From Azolla caroliniana (lineage: Eukaryota; Plantae; Polypodiophyta), in assembly GCA_043228905.1 (NCBI GenBank), contig JBHGNT010000017.1:15500001-15564000 (forward strand): DNA of 64,000 nucleotides. Direction: 5' to 3'. A program made the position numbers and the translations under genes. Under the pieces are notes generated by a model. The model did no database searches. It was not told where the DNA came from and saw nothing but the letters and a program-made list of their open reading frames with translations. Of the stretch, positions 51,151-62,227 are shown in pieces (position 1 is the first letter of the stretch; the number at the start of each line of letters is the position of its first letter).

Positions 51151-52910
51151 TGTCGTGCAGAAAACCGGCCATAGGCGGAATCAGACGAAAAGGCACATGA
51201 ACCGGCTCTTACACGGATGGGCGCGTGAATTGATATTTTGATATTGATTCATAAATGGATCGACTGATGTAAATACTAAGTAGTACACATTTATTAGGGG
51301 ATTGTGCGTATCTCTGTCAGAGGGGATAGGGAATAAAGCGATTTGACTAGGGAAAAAGGGGCACCCCTTTTGGGAACTATTTAAGGAGAGGAGAGAAGGA
51401 AGAGAAGGGGACCGCGCGTTGGCAAGGACGAAGTGCTGCTGCAGAACCGAGTGTCGAGCTCTCTCTTCTCCTCCTCCGGTCGTCGGTCTCTATGGGTGTC
51501 GGGGGTTCGCTACCTTTGCTTCGCTGACAACCTGTGTGCTTCAAGTAGAGGCTCTCCCCTTTTGGCTCCCTGGAGTCGTGTGGTTGTCGTCTGCGTGCGT
51601 TGTCGTGAAGTACGAAAGCTTCACATTAAAAGTCTACAATAAGATAAATACGTAACTAAAATAACATTTGATAATGTTTTATATATAAAGATAATATTAA
51701 CAACACATATGATAATATTATATATATGTAAAGAAAAATAATATATATATATATAGATAAATATATTATATTACACGAACAAGAGAGGACTTGAACCAAT
51801 AACCCCACCCTATGACTCTCAAATCTTACCATTTACTCTACACTAATAATATTCATAAAATAAAGCATACTTTATATATACTTTATATTACATAAAGGAT
51901 TTGCTTCATGATATAAAAATAAAGTTGCATGTTGTATTCAATAGTATTTTGAGACTCGAACCCACAACCTCATACACTAAAGTCAACACACCTACCATTA
52001 GGCTAGGCCCTTTCTCTTTAAGATTATGTTTTCATGTTTATTGTTATTGCATATAGTGTTTCATACATAAAAGCTCAAATGAGCGAGATGTTTATCATGC
52101 ATCACATGTAATGCATGAACGCCAAATGGCGATCATGCATCACATGCATTTCATGCACTACATGCATGATTTGTACCCTCCAATGCATCATATGCATGGG
52201 GGCACCTATTTAAATGGTGAAAGAGAAGATCAAAAGGGGATATGTATGCGATATCAATCAAATTATGTATTAGATAAGAGATACCACAAAAATAGATAAA
52301 GAAGGGAAGAAGTTTAACATAAAGGTGGAGCTCTAGCTTGGCGGTCGTGGTGGTCAACTCTCAACAAGAGGGAGGTGGTTCGAGCCTTATCTTCATCAAA
52401 ATATTGAAGTGAAGATTGTAGTGGTCTACGATCAAGAAAGAGAAGAGCGATTACCTTGCAAGACAAAGTTCGGAGGTTCAACGACGTGTACAATCATTTT
52501 GTAACTCTTTTATCAAATAATTATAAATCTCTTTTATTGCTTCAAATATCATTCTATATCCTATCTTGTCATATCTTGTTGATCACTATTTATCTATCTC
52601 TACTCTTTCGTCTCTTCCGTCCATAATCCCAGTGATTCCTTCCTCACTTTCACGTTATCCTTTGTCTATGCAACGCTACGCTTCTAGGCGAGCCACGCCA
52701 CGACAGCGTGAGTAGGACCCCGTGTCAGGTCCATTACCGGGTTGCCGGTTGTAACAGTTCGGGTTGTAAGCTATTGATTATAGTAATCGGATTCCTGTTT
52801 TGCTTGCTCTTAATCTCTCTTTGTGTACTTGCATCTCTCTCTCTCTCTCCTTGGTCCGAGACCCCCGTGGTCCCGCCTCTTTCTACAAGCACGCGCGTAA
52901 CAACGTGACA
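51151..52910 (+). mobile_element. Solo LTR I (Trp-gypsy lineage) in H gag, containing J
   Basis: TGTCGT...GTGACA; flanks ACGG/ACGA; the 3' part (CCCCCGTGGTCCCGCC...GCGTAACAAC) is shared with the D and H LTRs. Confidence 0.82.
51601..52705 (+). mobile_element. Solo LTR J (Trp-gypsy lineage) nested in I
   Basis: TGTCGTG...CACGACA; perfect 4-bp TSD GCGT. Confidence 0.88.
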
Positions 52911-54485
52911 ACGAACGATTGGGCCGTGGTAAAAGGGGTCTACGCCCGCTTTGACAAGAGGCACGAGTGGAGCGATGCAAGCTCGACGGTGTCGGGGCCG
53001 GTCCCAACGAGGAAGCTCGAGGAGCTGGTATCGGTGTCGGTTGGGAAGGAAGAGATTCGGAATCGGCTCGAGACGGGCCCTGCCTCGAGCGGAGTGGTCC
53101 TAGGCTCTTCCGGAAGAGCGGCTCTGGAAGAGCTGATGCAAATGTTGCGCGACCTCCAGATCGCATAAGCACGGAGGGACGGCGGCAATCAACCTCGTGA
53201 CCGGAGCTCGCTGACGGGGCAGTAATGCATGTGGTGTGACGTTGTCGGTCACATCCGGAAAGAATGCGCGGATTTCACAGAGGCACTCCATGCCAACGTG
53301 GTGTACCTCTGGAATGGGCGGGTGCATGCCAGTGACACGCGGAAAGCCCTAGAGTTGAACCCCGGGCGCGGCGGGATGAAGCGCTTGATGGAAGAAGCCG
53401 TGGCGCGACATGCAGAGGTCGTCCACTACTCCACGTCGGCAGGTATTCGGGTCGGGGGCGACGAGGGCCGGAAGGCGAAAGACTCTGGATTCTGGCCATT
53501 GGTACTGGAAGGCCTCTCCGGGGTAAGGCTAAAGAAGGAGGAGGCGAACCGCGCGGAACAACGGATCCGGGAGGTCACCGGATGGGACGATCTGGTTGAA
53601 GAAAATACTAGCTTTGTGGAAGCTACATGCCAGAACTATGAGGTTCTGGTAGAAGACAAGCGCGCGGGAAGGGTTGGAGGGGCCGGTCCCTCACAATGGT
53701 ACAAGACCCGGTTCGGACCAAAGCAGAACAATGCCAGCAACACCGGGGTGCCAGATAAAACGAAACGGGTCGATTATTGGCTGAGCACGGAGATTGAGAG
53801 GTCAACGGACCTGCAAGGTCCTCGAGGAGCGGATTCTCGACTACAAGGTGGAGTTGTCGCTGAGGGAGGTGCTCAGAATCTCCAAGAAGGAGTTCCACGA
53901 CTCCATTGTGGACTTGGTGAAGCGAAAGCGGCTCTCGATGGAACCGGAGCCGGAGAAGCCTGTGGAGGTGCGGACGACGCACCTAGAAGACATGACCCTA
54001 GAGGATGAGTTGGCGAACAGCTACTACGCGAAGCCACATTAGGCCAGAGCCACTACGGAGACCGTTGTCTGGGTTGGGGACATGCAGGAGCCGGTGGTGG
54101 CATTGATAGACCATGGTTCGGAGATCAACCTGATGTCCATGTACTTCGATAAAAAGGGGAAGTGGCCGATCAACACCAAGCGTGGGTGGAAGATACGCGC
54201 GACGACACGCGCTACGGAGGAGTTGCATGGTGCGTGCCTGAATGTACGCGTAAAGATCGGCGACGTTGAGATAGATCAACACTTCTTTGTGCAGGAGACC
54301 TCCTCGCACCCGGTGATACTCGGTGAGCCATACATTACGGCGGCATGGATGGAAACGAAGGTGCTTGACAATGGATCGGCGTACGCACGTGTGAAGAGCT
54401 AGGACGAACAATGCTCCGTTCAATTTTTGACGATGAGGCCGAACCATGAGTGTAATTTTGAGACCCTTGGCGGCGAGAGCCGAGG

Positions 54486-54553
54486 GGATTTTTAGAGAGG
54501 GCTATCAAGGTGTGGGGCCGCGATAGTCCGAACACCCCGGAAGAACCCCACAC
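54486..54553 (+). promoter_or_regulatory. Predicted -1 ribosomal frameshift signal (GGATTTT plus pseudoknot) of H
   Basis: G GAT TTT TAG; the -1 frame is open into RT; stem GGGCTATC/GATAGTCC; loop GTGTGGGG pairs with CCCCACAC. Confidence 0.7.
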
Positions 54554-57158
54554 ATGTACCATAGATAGGAAATTTTGGTTCTCCGATAACGGAGGTTGTA
54601 CTATAGCCGACATCAGTGGCCGGGAAAAGAAGCGGGTGGAAGAAAGACTAAGCGCGGACGGAGTCCTCAGCCCTGGCGAAGAGATTGGCAGTGTTGTGGA
54701 GGTGGTCTCCTTCGATGACACCTTGGGGGAATTACGCGAGGTTGTCAAAGGAGGCCTTAGTGAAGGCTGGGCAGTTCCGGTTAGTTCAGTGGAGATGTAC
54801 GAAGTCATCGCTGATTTCGGAGAAAAGGTCGGGTCCGGTCAGACGGCCCGCGTGGATACCAAGTACAAGACTGTGGACCGGAAGGTGAGGCCAGTCGCGG
54901 CACCCTTGCCGGAGGGCGGCGGAGAGCGGATAAAGGGGGTCGTGTCGGACCCAAGTTTACGTCAACCGGTCGGCATAGGGCACCAATTCACCAACATAAC
55001 GCTACGGGAGCTCAAGGTTGGTGGGGGTGGGTTTCTATTGCCGGCGGAGGAGGACCGGTTTTGGAGGGTGCTCAGAAGGCGCGGGAAAGCCTTCACATTC
55101 TCGCCGGAGGAGATTGGGTGCGTAGACCCGACGATCGTGGAGCCGATGGTGATATTCACGGTGCCACATGTGTCGTGGAATCTTAAGCCGATTCCAGTAC
55201 CCAGAGCTCACATCCCCAAGTTGATGGAGCTACAGAAGCAGAAAGTGGAGATGGGCATCCTCGAACCATTGAGCGCCCCATATTCGAATTGTTGGTTTAC
55301 CATGCCGAAGAAGAACGGTACGTTGCGCTTCATTCAAGACCTGCAACTAGTCAACAGGGTGACCATTCCTAATGCAGGTATCGGACTGACGATAGACGAG
55401 TTCGCGTAAGCCTTTGTCAGAAGGTCAATCTATTTGGTCTGTGATCTGTACTCGGGGTACGATTAGTTCCAACTAGTTGTGGAGAGCAGAGATATCATGA
55501 CGATGCGGACCCCTCTCGGCTTAGTGCGGATGTGTACCCTACCGCAAGGAGGGACGAACTCGGTGGTGCACATGGTGAATGCGATGAACAAGGGGTTGAG
55601 GGACTGCATCCCGGACATCACCATGCCATTCCTGGACGACATCCCAATCAAAGGATGTCCGGTGGAGGATAAGGACGAGGTGGTTGGGCCGGAGGTACGT
55701 CGCGAACCACATTAATGACTGCGAGAAGGTGCTGCAAAGGCTGGAGGACACGTGGCTCACCTTCTCCAGAGAGAAATCGACGTTCGGCCAATCGGAGATC
55801 CTAGTGATCGGTCACTTGTGCGGGCCCTACGGCCGGAAATCGTCTTCGGCAAAGATAGAATCCAACTCCGTAATGAAGGAAGAGTGTAAGTCGGTTACGG
55901 AGGTGTGGAGGTTCCTGGGTGCGTGCGTGTTCTACCACATTTGGATTCCGCACTGCGCACACGTCGCGGAATCACTTTATGGGTTGTTGAAGAAGGGGCA
56001 CAAATTTGAATGGGGCAAGGAGCATACGGAGTCGGTCTGGAGACTGAAGGAGGCGCTTACTGTAGCACCGGCTCTCAGGAAAGCGGTTTATGGCAAGGAG
56101 ATCCCCATTTACGTAACCGTTGACACAAGCCCAACCAGGATCGGATGGGTGATCAATCAGGAGGACGAGAGTGGTGCGCGGTTCCCGATCCGGTTCGGGG
56201 CGAAGGTTCTCAGTGAGCGATAGTGAGGATACGCCCAAGTTAAGCATGAACTATGGGGTATCGTTTCGGCGGTTAAGGCCGACAAAGATTATCTTATAGG
56301 GACGGAGGTAATAATCGAGACGGACTACCTACCGATTCTCAGTATGATTTCCGGATGCGCGACTCCGGACCTGGCAATGCTCAGGGTGATCGCGTACATC
56401 AAGTTCCTAAATCTGGAGATACGGCACATCTCTAGGAAGGACAACGCCATGGCAGACATGCTTTCGAGAGCACGGTTCGACAACGAGGACGACATGGTTT
56501 CGGAGGACGAGGAAGTCAACGTAGACTTCTTCGAGAGGGCATACATAACGAGGGAGAGGAGCCCTCTGGCGCTTAATGAATTTCACGAAGGCGAGTATGA
56601 CGGGGAGTGGCTCCAGATCGTTAGGTTCCTGAAGACAATGACACCAGACGCAACGTGGACAAAGGAAGAGGCTAACCGGATCCGAAAGAAAGCTTACCGG
56701 TTCTTCCTACGGGACGGGAACATATGGAGGCACCCTAAGAAGCGAGGCGGTGTCCCACTCCGTGTAGTAGCAAGAAAGGACGAGCAGGATGCGTTGCTTA
56801 CGGCGTACCACGAGAGTCCTTGGTCCGGACACCACGGGACATGGGCCTCGTTCGAGAAATTGAAAGAGAAGTATTGGTGGTGAGGGTTGTACCGGGATGT
56901 GTACCAGTTCGTGACGACATGTGAAAACTGTCAGATGCACTCTGCGATCCAGCATCGAGACGAGCTGCACCCAACCTACCTGCCGACCATCCACTTCAAA
57001 TGGATGGTGGACTTAGTGACAATGTTGATGGGAGTAGGGCAGATGCGGTATCTAGTGCTTGCACGGGAAGATTTAATGAACCAGGTGGAAGGCCGTGCAC
57101 TGACGAGCAAGACGATTACGCCGGTGTGCCGGTTCCTGATCGAAGAGGTAGTGTGTCG

Positions 57159-57818
57159 TGAAAGGAATACGGTTTCCTAAGCTATGCTCGGCCACAACCG
57201 AGATGTCGGATCAAGCACAGAAAATAGGGATTTGGTGAGATGTATCTACAGATGAAACAGTAAAGAAGAGAGTGCACTGAATGTTAACGTGGAAAACCCA
57301 AATCTGGGAAAAACCACGACAGCCCTCAGACTGCAAAATATCACTATATCAAGATTACAACAATGGGGCACAGAGGCAACGACCTCTTGCTCCCTCGCTT
57401 CGCCACCAGGCGGTTACAACAGAGGCAACAACCTCTTCTTCTCTCTCTCTCTTCTCTGTACACAGTTCCACTCTGAATTATCGCCACAACGATAATAACA
57501 CAACCAACTCTACATCATACACTATTAAGTTTGCCCTAGGTCATATTTATACTAATATGAATTTCGAGCTATTTACAAATATAGCCCCAGTGGGCTCTCT
57601 GGAACATATTTACATATATGTCCATTCCATCCGATGAGAGGTTCTCACCGGGCCTGCAACATCCGGTTCTCACCGGGTCTTCCTTGTCGGGTACTCGTCA
57701 TCCAGTTCTCACCGGGTCTTCCGTTGCCGGGTACTCCACATCCGGATTCGGCCTCGGCTGAGTTGCTCATCAACACTGTTCTTCTCACTTCCCATCCGGA
57801 GGGACCTGTTTCCTATCA
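57159..57818 (-). mobile_element. Solo LTR, copia E family, in the H integrase
   Basis: TGAAAGG...CCTATCA; TSD TGTCG/TGCTG; the host frame EEVVCR|YGCVG rejoins. Confidence 0.85.
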
Positions 57819-59295
57819 TGCTGGTATGGATGCGTAGGGAAAATCGTGGCGGATCGGGGAGAGCTGGACGCGTAGGAAGCTGAGGAGTTGTTTGACCGGT
57901 TAGGGGTCAAGCTCTCCCTCACTACGGCGTACAATCCGGAGGCGAACGGGAAGGTAGAACACGGACATGAACCGATCGTGAAGGCTTTGGTACGAGCATG
58001 TGAAGGGCAGGTTGGGATTTGGCCGCGGCTTCTACCCTACGCGTTGTGGGCGGACCGGACTACGCACAGTTCGGTGACAGGGTTCATTTCGGCAGAGTTG
58101 ATGTACATGCAAAAACCGATTATGCTGGTGGAACGGACGATCACTTCGTGTGTTGCGGTGGACGAGAAGGACGAGATGAGCCAGGAAGAGTTGCTGGTGG
58201 CGCAGATTCGGCAGCTCGAGCGACAACCGGAGGACATGGAGCAGGCGATGGCGAAGCTGCGTACGGCGCGTGAAAGGAACAAAGGCCGGTTCAACCGAAC
58301 ACACCGGCTTAGACCGAAGAAGATCGAGGAAGGCGACTGGGTGTTGGTGTACGACAGTAGCCTCAATAATCAACACAAGCCAGTGCGTAAGTTTGCGAGA
58401 AGATGGTTCGGGCCCTACACGATGACAAGCGTGAACGACAATGGCACGTATCATCTCGCGGAGCTCGATGGGACGCAGATAGCGGTACCCATGGCCGGCA
58501 AGAGGGTCAAGATGTTCAAGAAGTGGCACGAGGACAAACCGGGCCCGGTGAGCGATGCTCGAATCGGGGAAGGCGAGGGTTCAGAAAACGACGAGTGATC
58601 TAGGGCCGGTTTCCACCAAGGTTGTTCCTACCTGGCACGTACCGGTGGACGTACGGTTTGCTGGGGGGGGGAGATGTTGTGGAGAAAACCGCCCCTAGGA
58701 GGAATCAAAGGGGGGAGGCGTGACCCAATCTTTTCGCGCGCGCGTGTGTGTGTGAATTGTACATAGCTAGGAATAGATCGGCTGATGTACATATGTACTA
58801 GGAAGGGTATTAATTTTCTAGGGAATCGATGCGTATCTCTGTCCGAAAGGACAAAGACTAAAGTTGATGTGTTTTGATGTAGCGGCCTCCTCGGCGACCT
58901 ATAAAAGGGAGGGGAGAAGAAGAAGATAAAGGACATTTTTGGGCGAGGACGAAGTGTTGTCGGACTGGGGACCGAGCTCTCTCCTCCTCAACCTTTTCTC
59001 TCCACTACGTTTCTGTGTCAGTTGCTTCTGCTGCGTGTAAACCCGTGTGCTTCCAACAGAGGCTCCATCGTACGTTCTCTGTGTCGTCCGTGTGTGTGCA
59101 GGGGACCTCCGTTTTGGGTCTGTTGTCGGTTTGCCTGTTGTAATCGTTGTTGACATTGTAATTGAATCTTCTGTTCCCGTCTCTCTCCCTACATTTCTGT
59201 GAATCGCTCTCCCTCTTCTTTCTCACGCTCCTTGGTTCAGGACCCCCGCGGTCCCACCTCATTTCACACGCGAGAGCGTAACAACACGACAACGT

Positions 59296-61460
59296 GAGCT
59301 TGTTTGGTTCGGGGGTTATAACACTTATAACCCTTCTGTTCATCTGAATAGCCGACCAAGATACACTTCTCAGGTTTTGCATCCAACTTCCTCCGTTTCT
59401 CCTTCGGCACATGCACATACGTAATGCTACCAAAAACTCTCAAGTGTCGTAGATTCAGCTTTCTTCCGATTCTGAATGTAGACCGCGGTTCGTACCGCTT
59501 CGGCCCAATAGAACTTGGGCAAGCTATTTTCTTCCAGCATTGCCCGCGCCACTTCCACAACCGACCAATTTTTCCTTTCAGCTACCTGCAACTAAATTCG
59601 CGCCGAATTCCCATTTGTTGCAGATAACTGTTGAATTGGCCTGAAAATTACTCTTTTCCGCCATCTGACCGCAGGCACTTGATCTTTCTCCCTGTTTCCC
59701 TTTCTACAAAGCTTTTGAGGTCCCAGAAACAATTGAAGACTTCATTCTTCTTTTCAATGAGATAGATCCACGTGTGCCGCGTGTAGTCGTCGATGAAGGA
59801 GACAAAATATCAACTCTCGCCAAGACTAACGTTCTGTGTCGGCCCCCATACATCTGAATGTATCAAGTCGAGCTTGTTCCGGCTCTGGTTACGCTCGTTG
59901 GGGAAAGGAAGTCGGTGTTGCTTCCCTAGCTGGCAGGCTTCACAAATTTGGGTCTTCCGGCCACTGAATTTGGGCAATCCAAACACAACTTGTTTTGATT
60001 GCAAGTCTTGAAGCCTTTGATATTTGACGTGGCCTATCCGCTTGTGCCACAAGTCAATATCCGACGTGACTTTTTGTCCTTTTGCAAACATTGCGGTGCC
60101 AACGTCATTGGTGTCAAGTATAAACATCCTCCTATCTCTGCGCCCTTGCGCAATAACTTGGCCTTCCTCCTCAATGAAGCACTCGAGATGCGTGAACCGG
60201 ACTTGCATCCCCTGGTCGACGATCTGCCCGACCGACACCAGATTCTTCGTGATTGTCGGGACGTGTAACACGTTCATGAGTTTCCCTTTTTGCCTGACAT
60301 GGCTCAGGGGAACTTCATCGACATTCTCGATTGGATGCGGAGTGTCGTCTCCTGTTGCGACTACTCCCGGTTGCATCGATTTCTCAAGGTATGAGAACCA
60401 CTCCTTATGGCTCGTCATGTGGTTTGACGCACCGGAGTCAATGTACCACGCCTCGTCCGATTTTGGGGTGGTCTTCTTCATCGAGTTCACCTCGTGTCTC
60501 ATCACGAAAGTTGCCCCCTTTCCAACTTTTTTAGATCCTTCGGCGTAGTGCGATCGCAGCCGATTTCCTTTCTCAGTTTGTCCAGATCCGGATTTGGTTT
60601 TCTCCTAATCGACGCGCTTCTTCCAGCACTCGCTCTCCTTGTGATCTTTCTTGCCATAGTACCACCATTCCGCGACGGATTTCCCTTGCCGATTCCCGTC
60701 ACCTCGACTCCCCCTGTTTCCAGAGGGTTCGGAATTGATGTCAACATCACTTCGGTGCTTTCTTCCTTGATCCCACCGGCTGCCTCCATTGCGCATCGAC
60801 TCGCCTCGTCCACCATGACCATGGGGCCTATCTCCCTCTGTGTACAGTATCTTGCTATCGACGTGCATACTCGTCGACGCACCGGCATGGTTCTCCTCTA
60901 TAAGGAGCATCGACTGTAGGTCGAAAAATGACAACGTATTCTCTCGTGTGCACACAGCAATTCGGAACGCTCCGAACTTCGACGCTAGTCCCCCGAGACA
61001 TATCTGCACCATTTTGCCTTCCTCGACGTTCACATCGATGGAGGCTAAAGAGTCGCATATATCTTTGATCTTCGAGGTGTAATCAGCCATCGACAAATCA
61101 CGTTGTCACAAGTTGCTCAACTCTTGTCGGAGTTGGAGCTTTTGTGGCTATGGTGCTTGCGGCAAAAATCTTTTTCTGATTTCCCCAAGCATCCTTCGGC
61201 GTTTTCGTATCCCGAATATAGCTCAGATGTTGTTCACCCTCGCCCGTACAAGACGCGAAGCAGTAGAGAACTCTGCTCGCCGATTGTTCCCAAGTTGGGA
61301 AGTCTTTGTGTGTCGAATCGGGTGTTGTGTCATTTGCTTCGTCGACATAGCTCCAATATCCATGCTCGAGTAGGTACTGGTGCATCTTGTACGACCAATA
61401 TGCGTAGTTGTTTCTGTCAAGCTTCTCAGTCGGAAGCAAGCTAGATATGCCTCTATGCAT
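59296..61460 (-). pseudogene. Copia G gag-PR-integrase (decayed)
   Basis: YKMHQYL, DSLASIDV, WYIDSGAS, LWHKRIGH, HSDVWGP, KLDAKPEKCILVGY. Confidence 0.85.
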
Positions 61461-61601
61461 TCTATTTTTCCTGTTCTTTTCGAAGGTTAGGTTTTCTTCT
61501 CGAGCTCAGGTCTGATGCAGAGGTTCTCAACCCTCGCTCTCTAATACCATGTAAAAAGAACAACATGCGGAAGCAATAGAAAACAAAACGTAGGAAAACA
61601 C

Positions 61602-62200
61602 CCTTTGGTGAAGTGTCTGAAGGGGACACCCTATGTTAGGTCATTGTCCGACCCTAGCGATAACACAGTTTTTGGCGACCACGATTCCTGCATAAACGCA
61701 ACGAACAACAACGGGAATGGATTACTAGACCAATGAACGACCCGGTTACGGAGCGAGAGAGAAGACTTGCCGAACGATTGCGGAAGCGGGAGGCTTTCCA
61801 ACAGGCGGCAGAAGAGATCCGTGCGGATCGAACATTTTCCAAAGTAATCTGGTGAGTGGCTGCGGAATCACTCCGCGTGCAGCAGACTCCCCACCCGGAC
61901 GAAGGAAGCAGCTTGAGCAGTCTCCGGGACACGGAAACCATTCTGCAAGCATTAGCGATAGGGGAAGGCGCTTCGGAACCATTCTCGGCCTTCGAATAGG
62001 ATTCGGACGGCGAATGCAGCGCCCATTCAAATTACCGTAGCAGCCACGACACCCTAGACGAACCAGAGGACGAGCAGTCGGATACCTTGCCGACACCAAA
62101 ACCGGAGTTAACGGAACTGGAAGCCCCAGACCGGCAAGAGGAGGAAAGACCTCCCCCGGGGGCTTCACTGTCAAAACTTGTATGATAGCACATGAGTTCA
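61602..62200 (+). mobile_element. Probable LTR end, Arg-type PBS and 5' internal fragment of another LTR element
   Basis: ...GATAACA-CAGTTTT-TGGCGACCACG near 61660-61683, followed by a GC-rich coding-like stretch. Confidence 0.35.
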
Positions 62201-62227
62201 TCAGAAAGGGTTTAAATTAATCTGTGA

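Larger units (their letters stand above)
50670..58598 (+). pseudogene. H gag-PR (to 54495) and pol (from 54492, -1 frame), interrupted by solo LTRs
   Basis: IGRFGGKNATSYLEAY, CMWCDVVGHIRKEC, ALIDHGSEINLMS, PFLDDIPIKG, VDTSPTRIGW, YNPEANGKVE, WFGPY. Confidence 0.88.
50003..59291 (+). mobile_element. Ty3/gypsy element H (Trp-primed, full length, decayed)
   Basis: LTRs 50003-50623 and 58675-59291; PBS TGGTGAACCCGACGTGAA from 50629; 4-bp TSD ACGT; PPT GGGGGGGGGAGA. Confidence 0.93.
46985..61601 (-). mobile_element. Ty1/copia element G (A-like family), host of H; 5' LTR truncated
   Basis: 3' LTR 46985-47408, PPT 47409-47422; 5' LTR remnant 61550-61601 with an iMet-like PBS; gag LPTEKLDRNNY, PR WYIDSGASNHM, RT and RH motifs. 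Confidence 0.88.

Noticed and set aside
61746-62201. 151-aa minus-strand ORF as the missing AOC transit-peptide exon
   Set aside because: No convincing splice donor or homology; the region looks like the 5' internal part of another LTR element.
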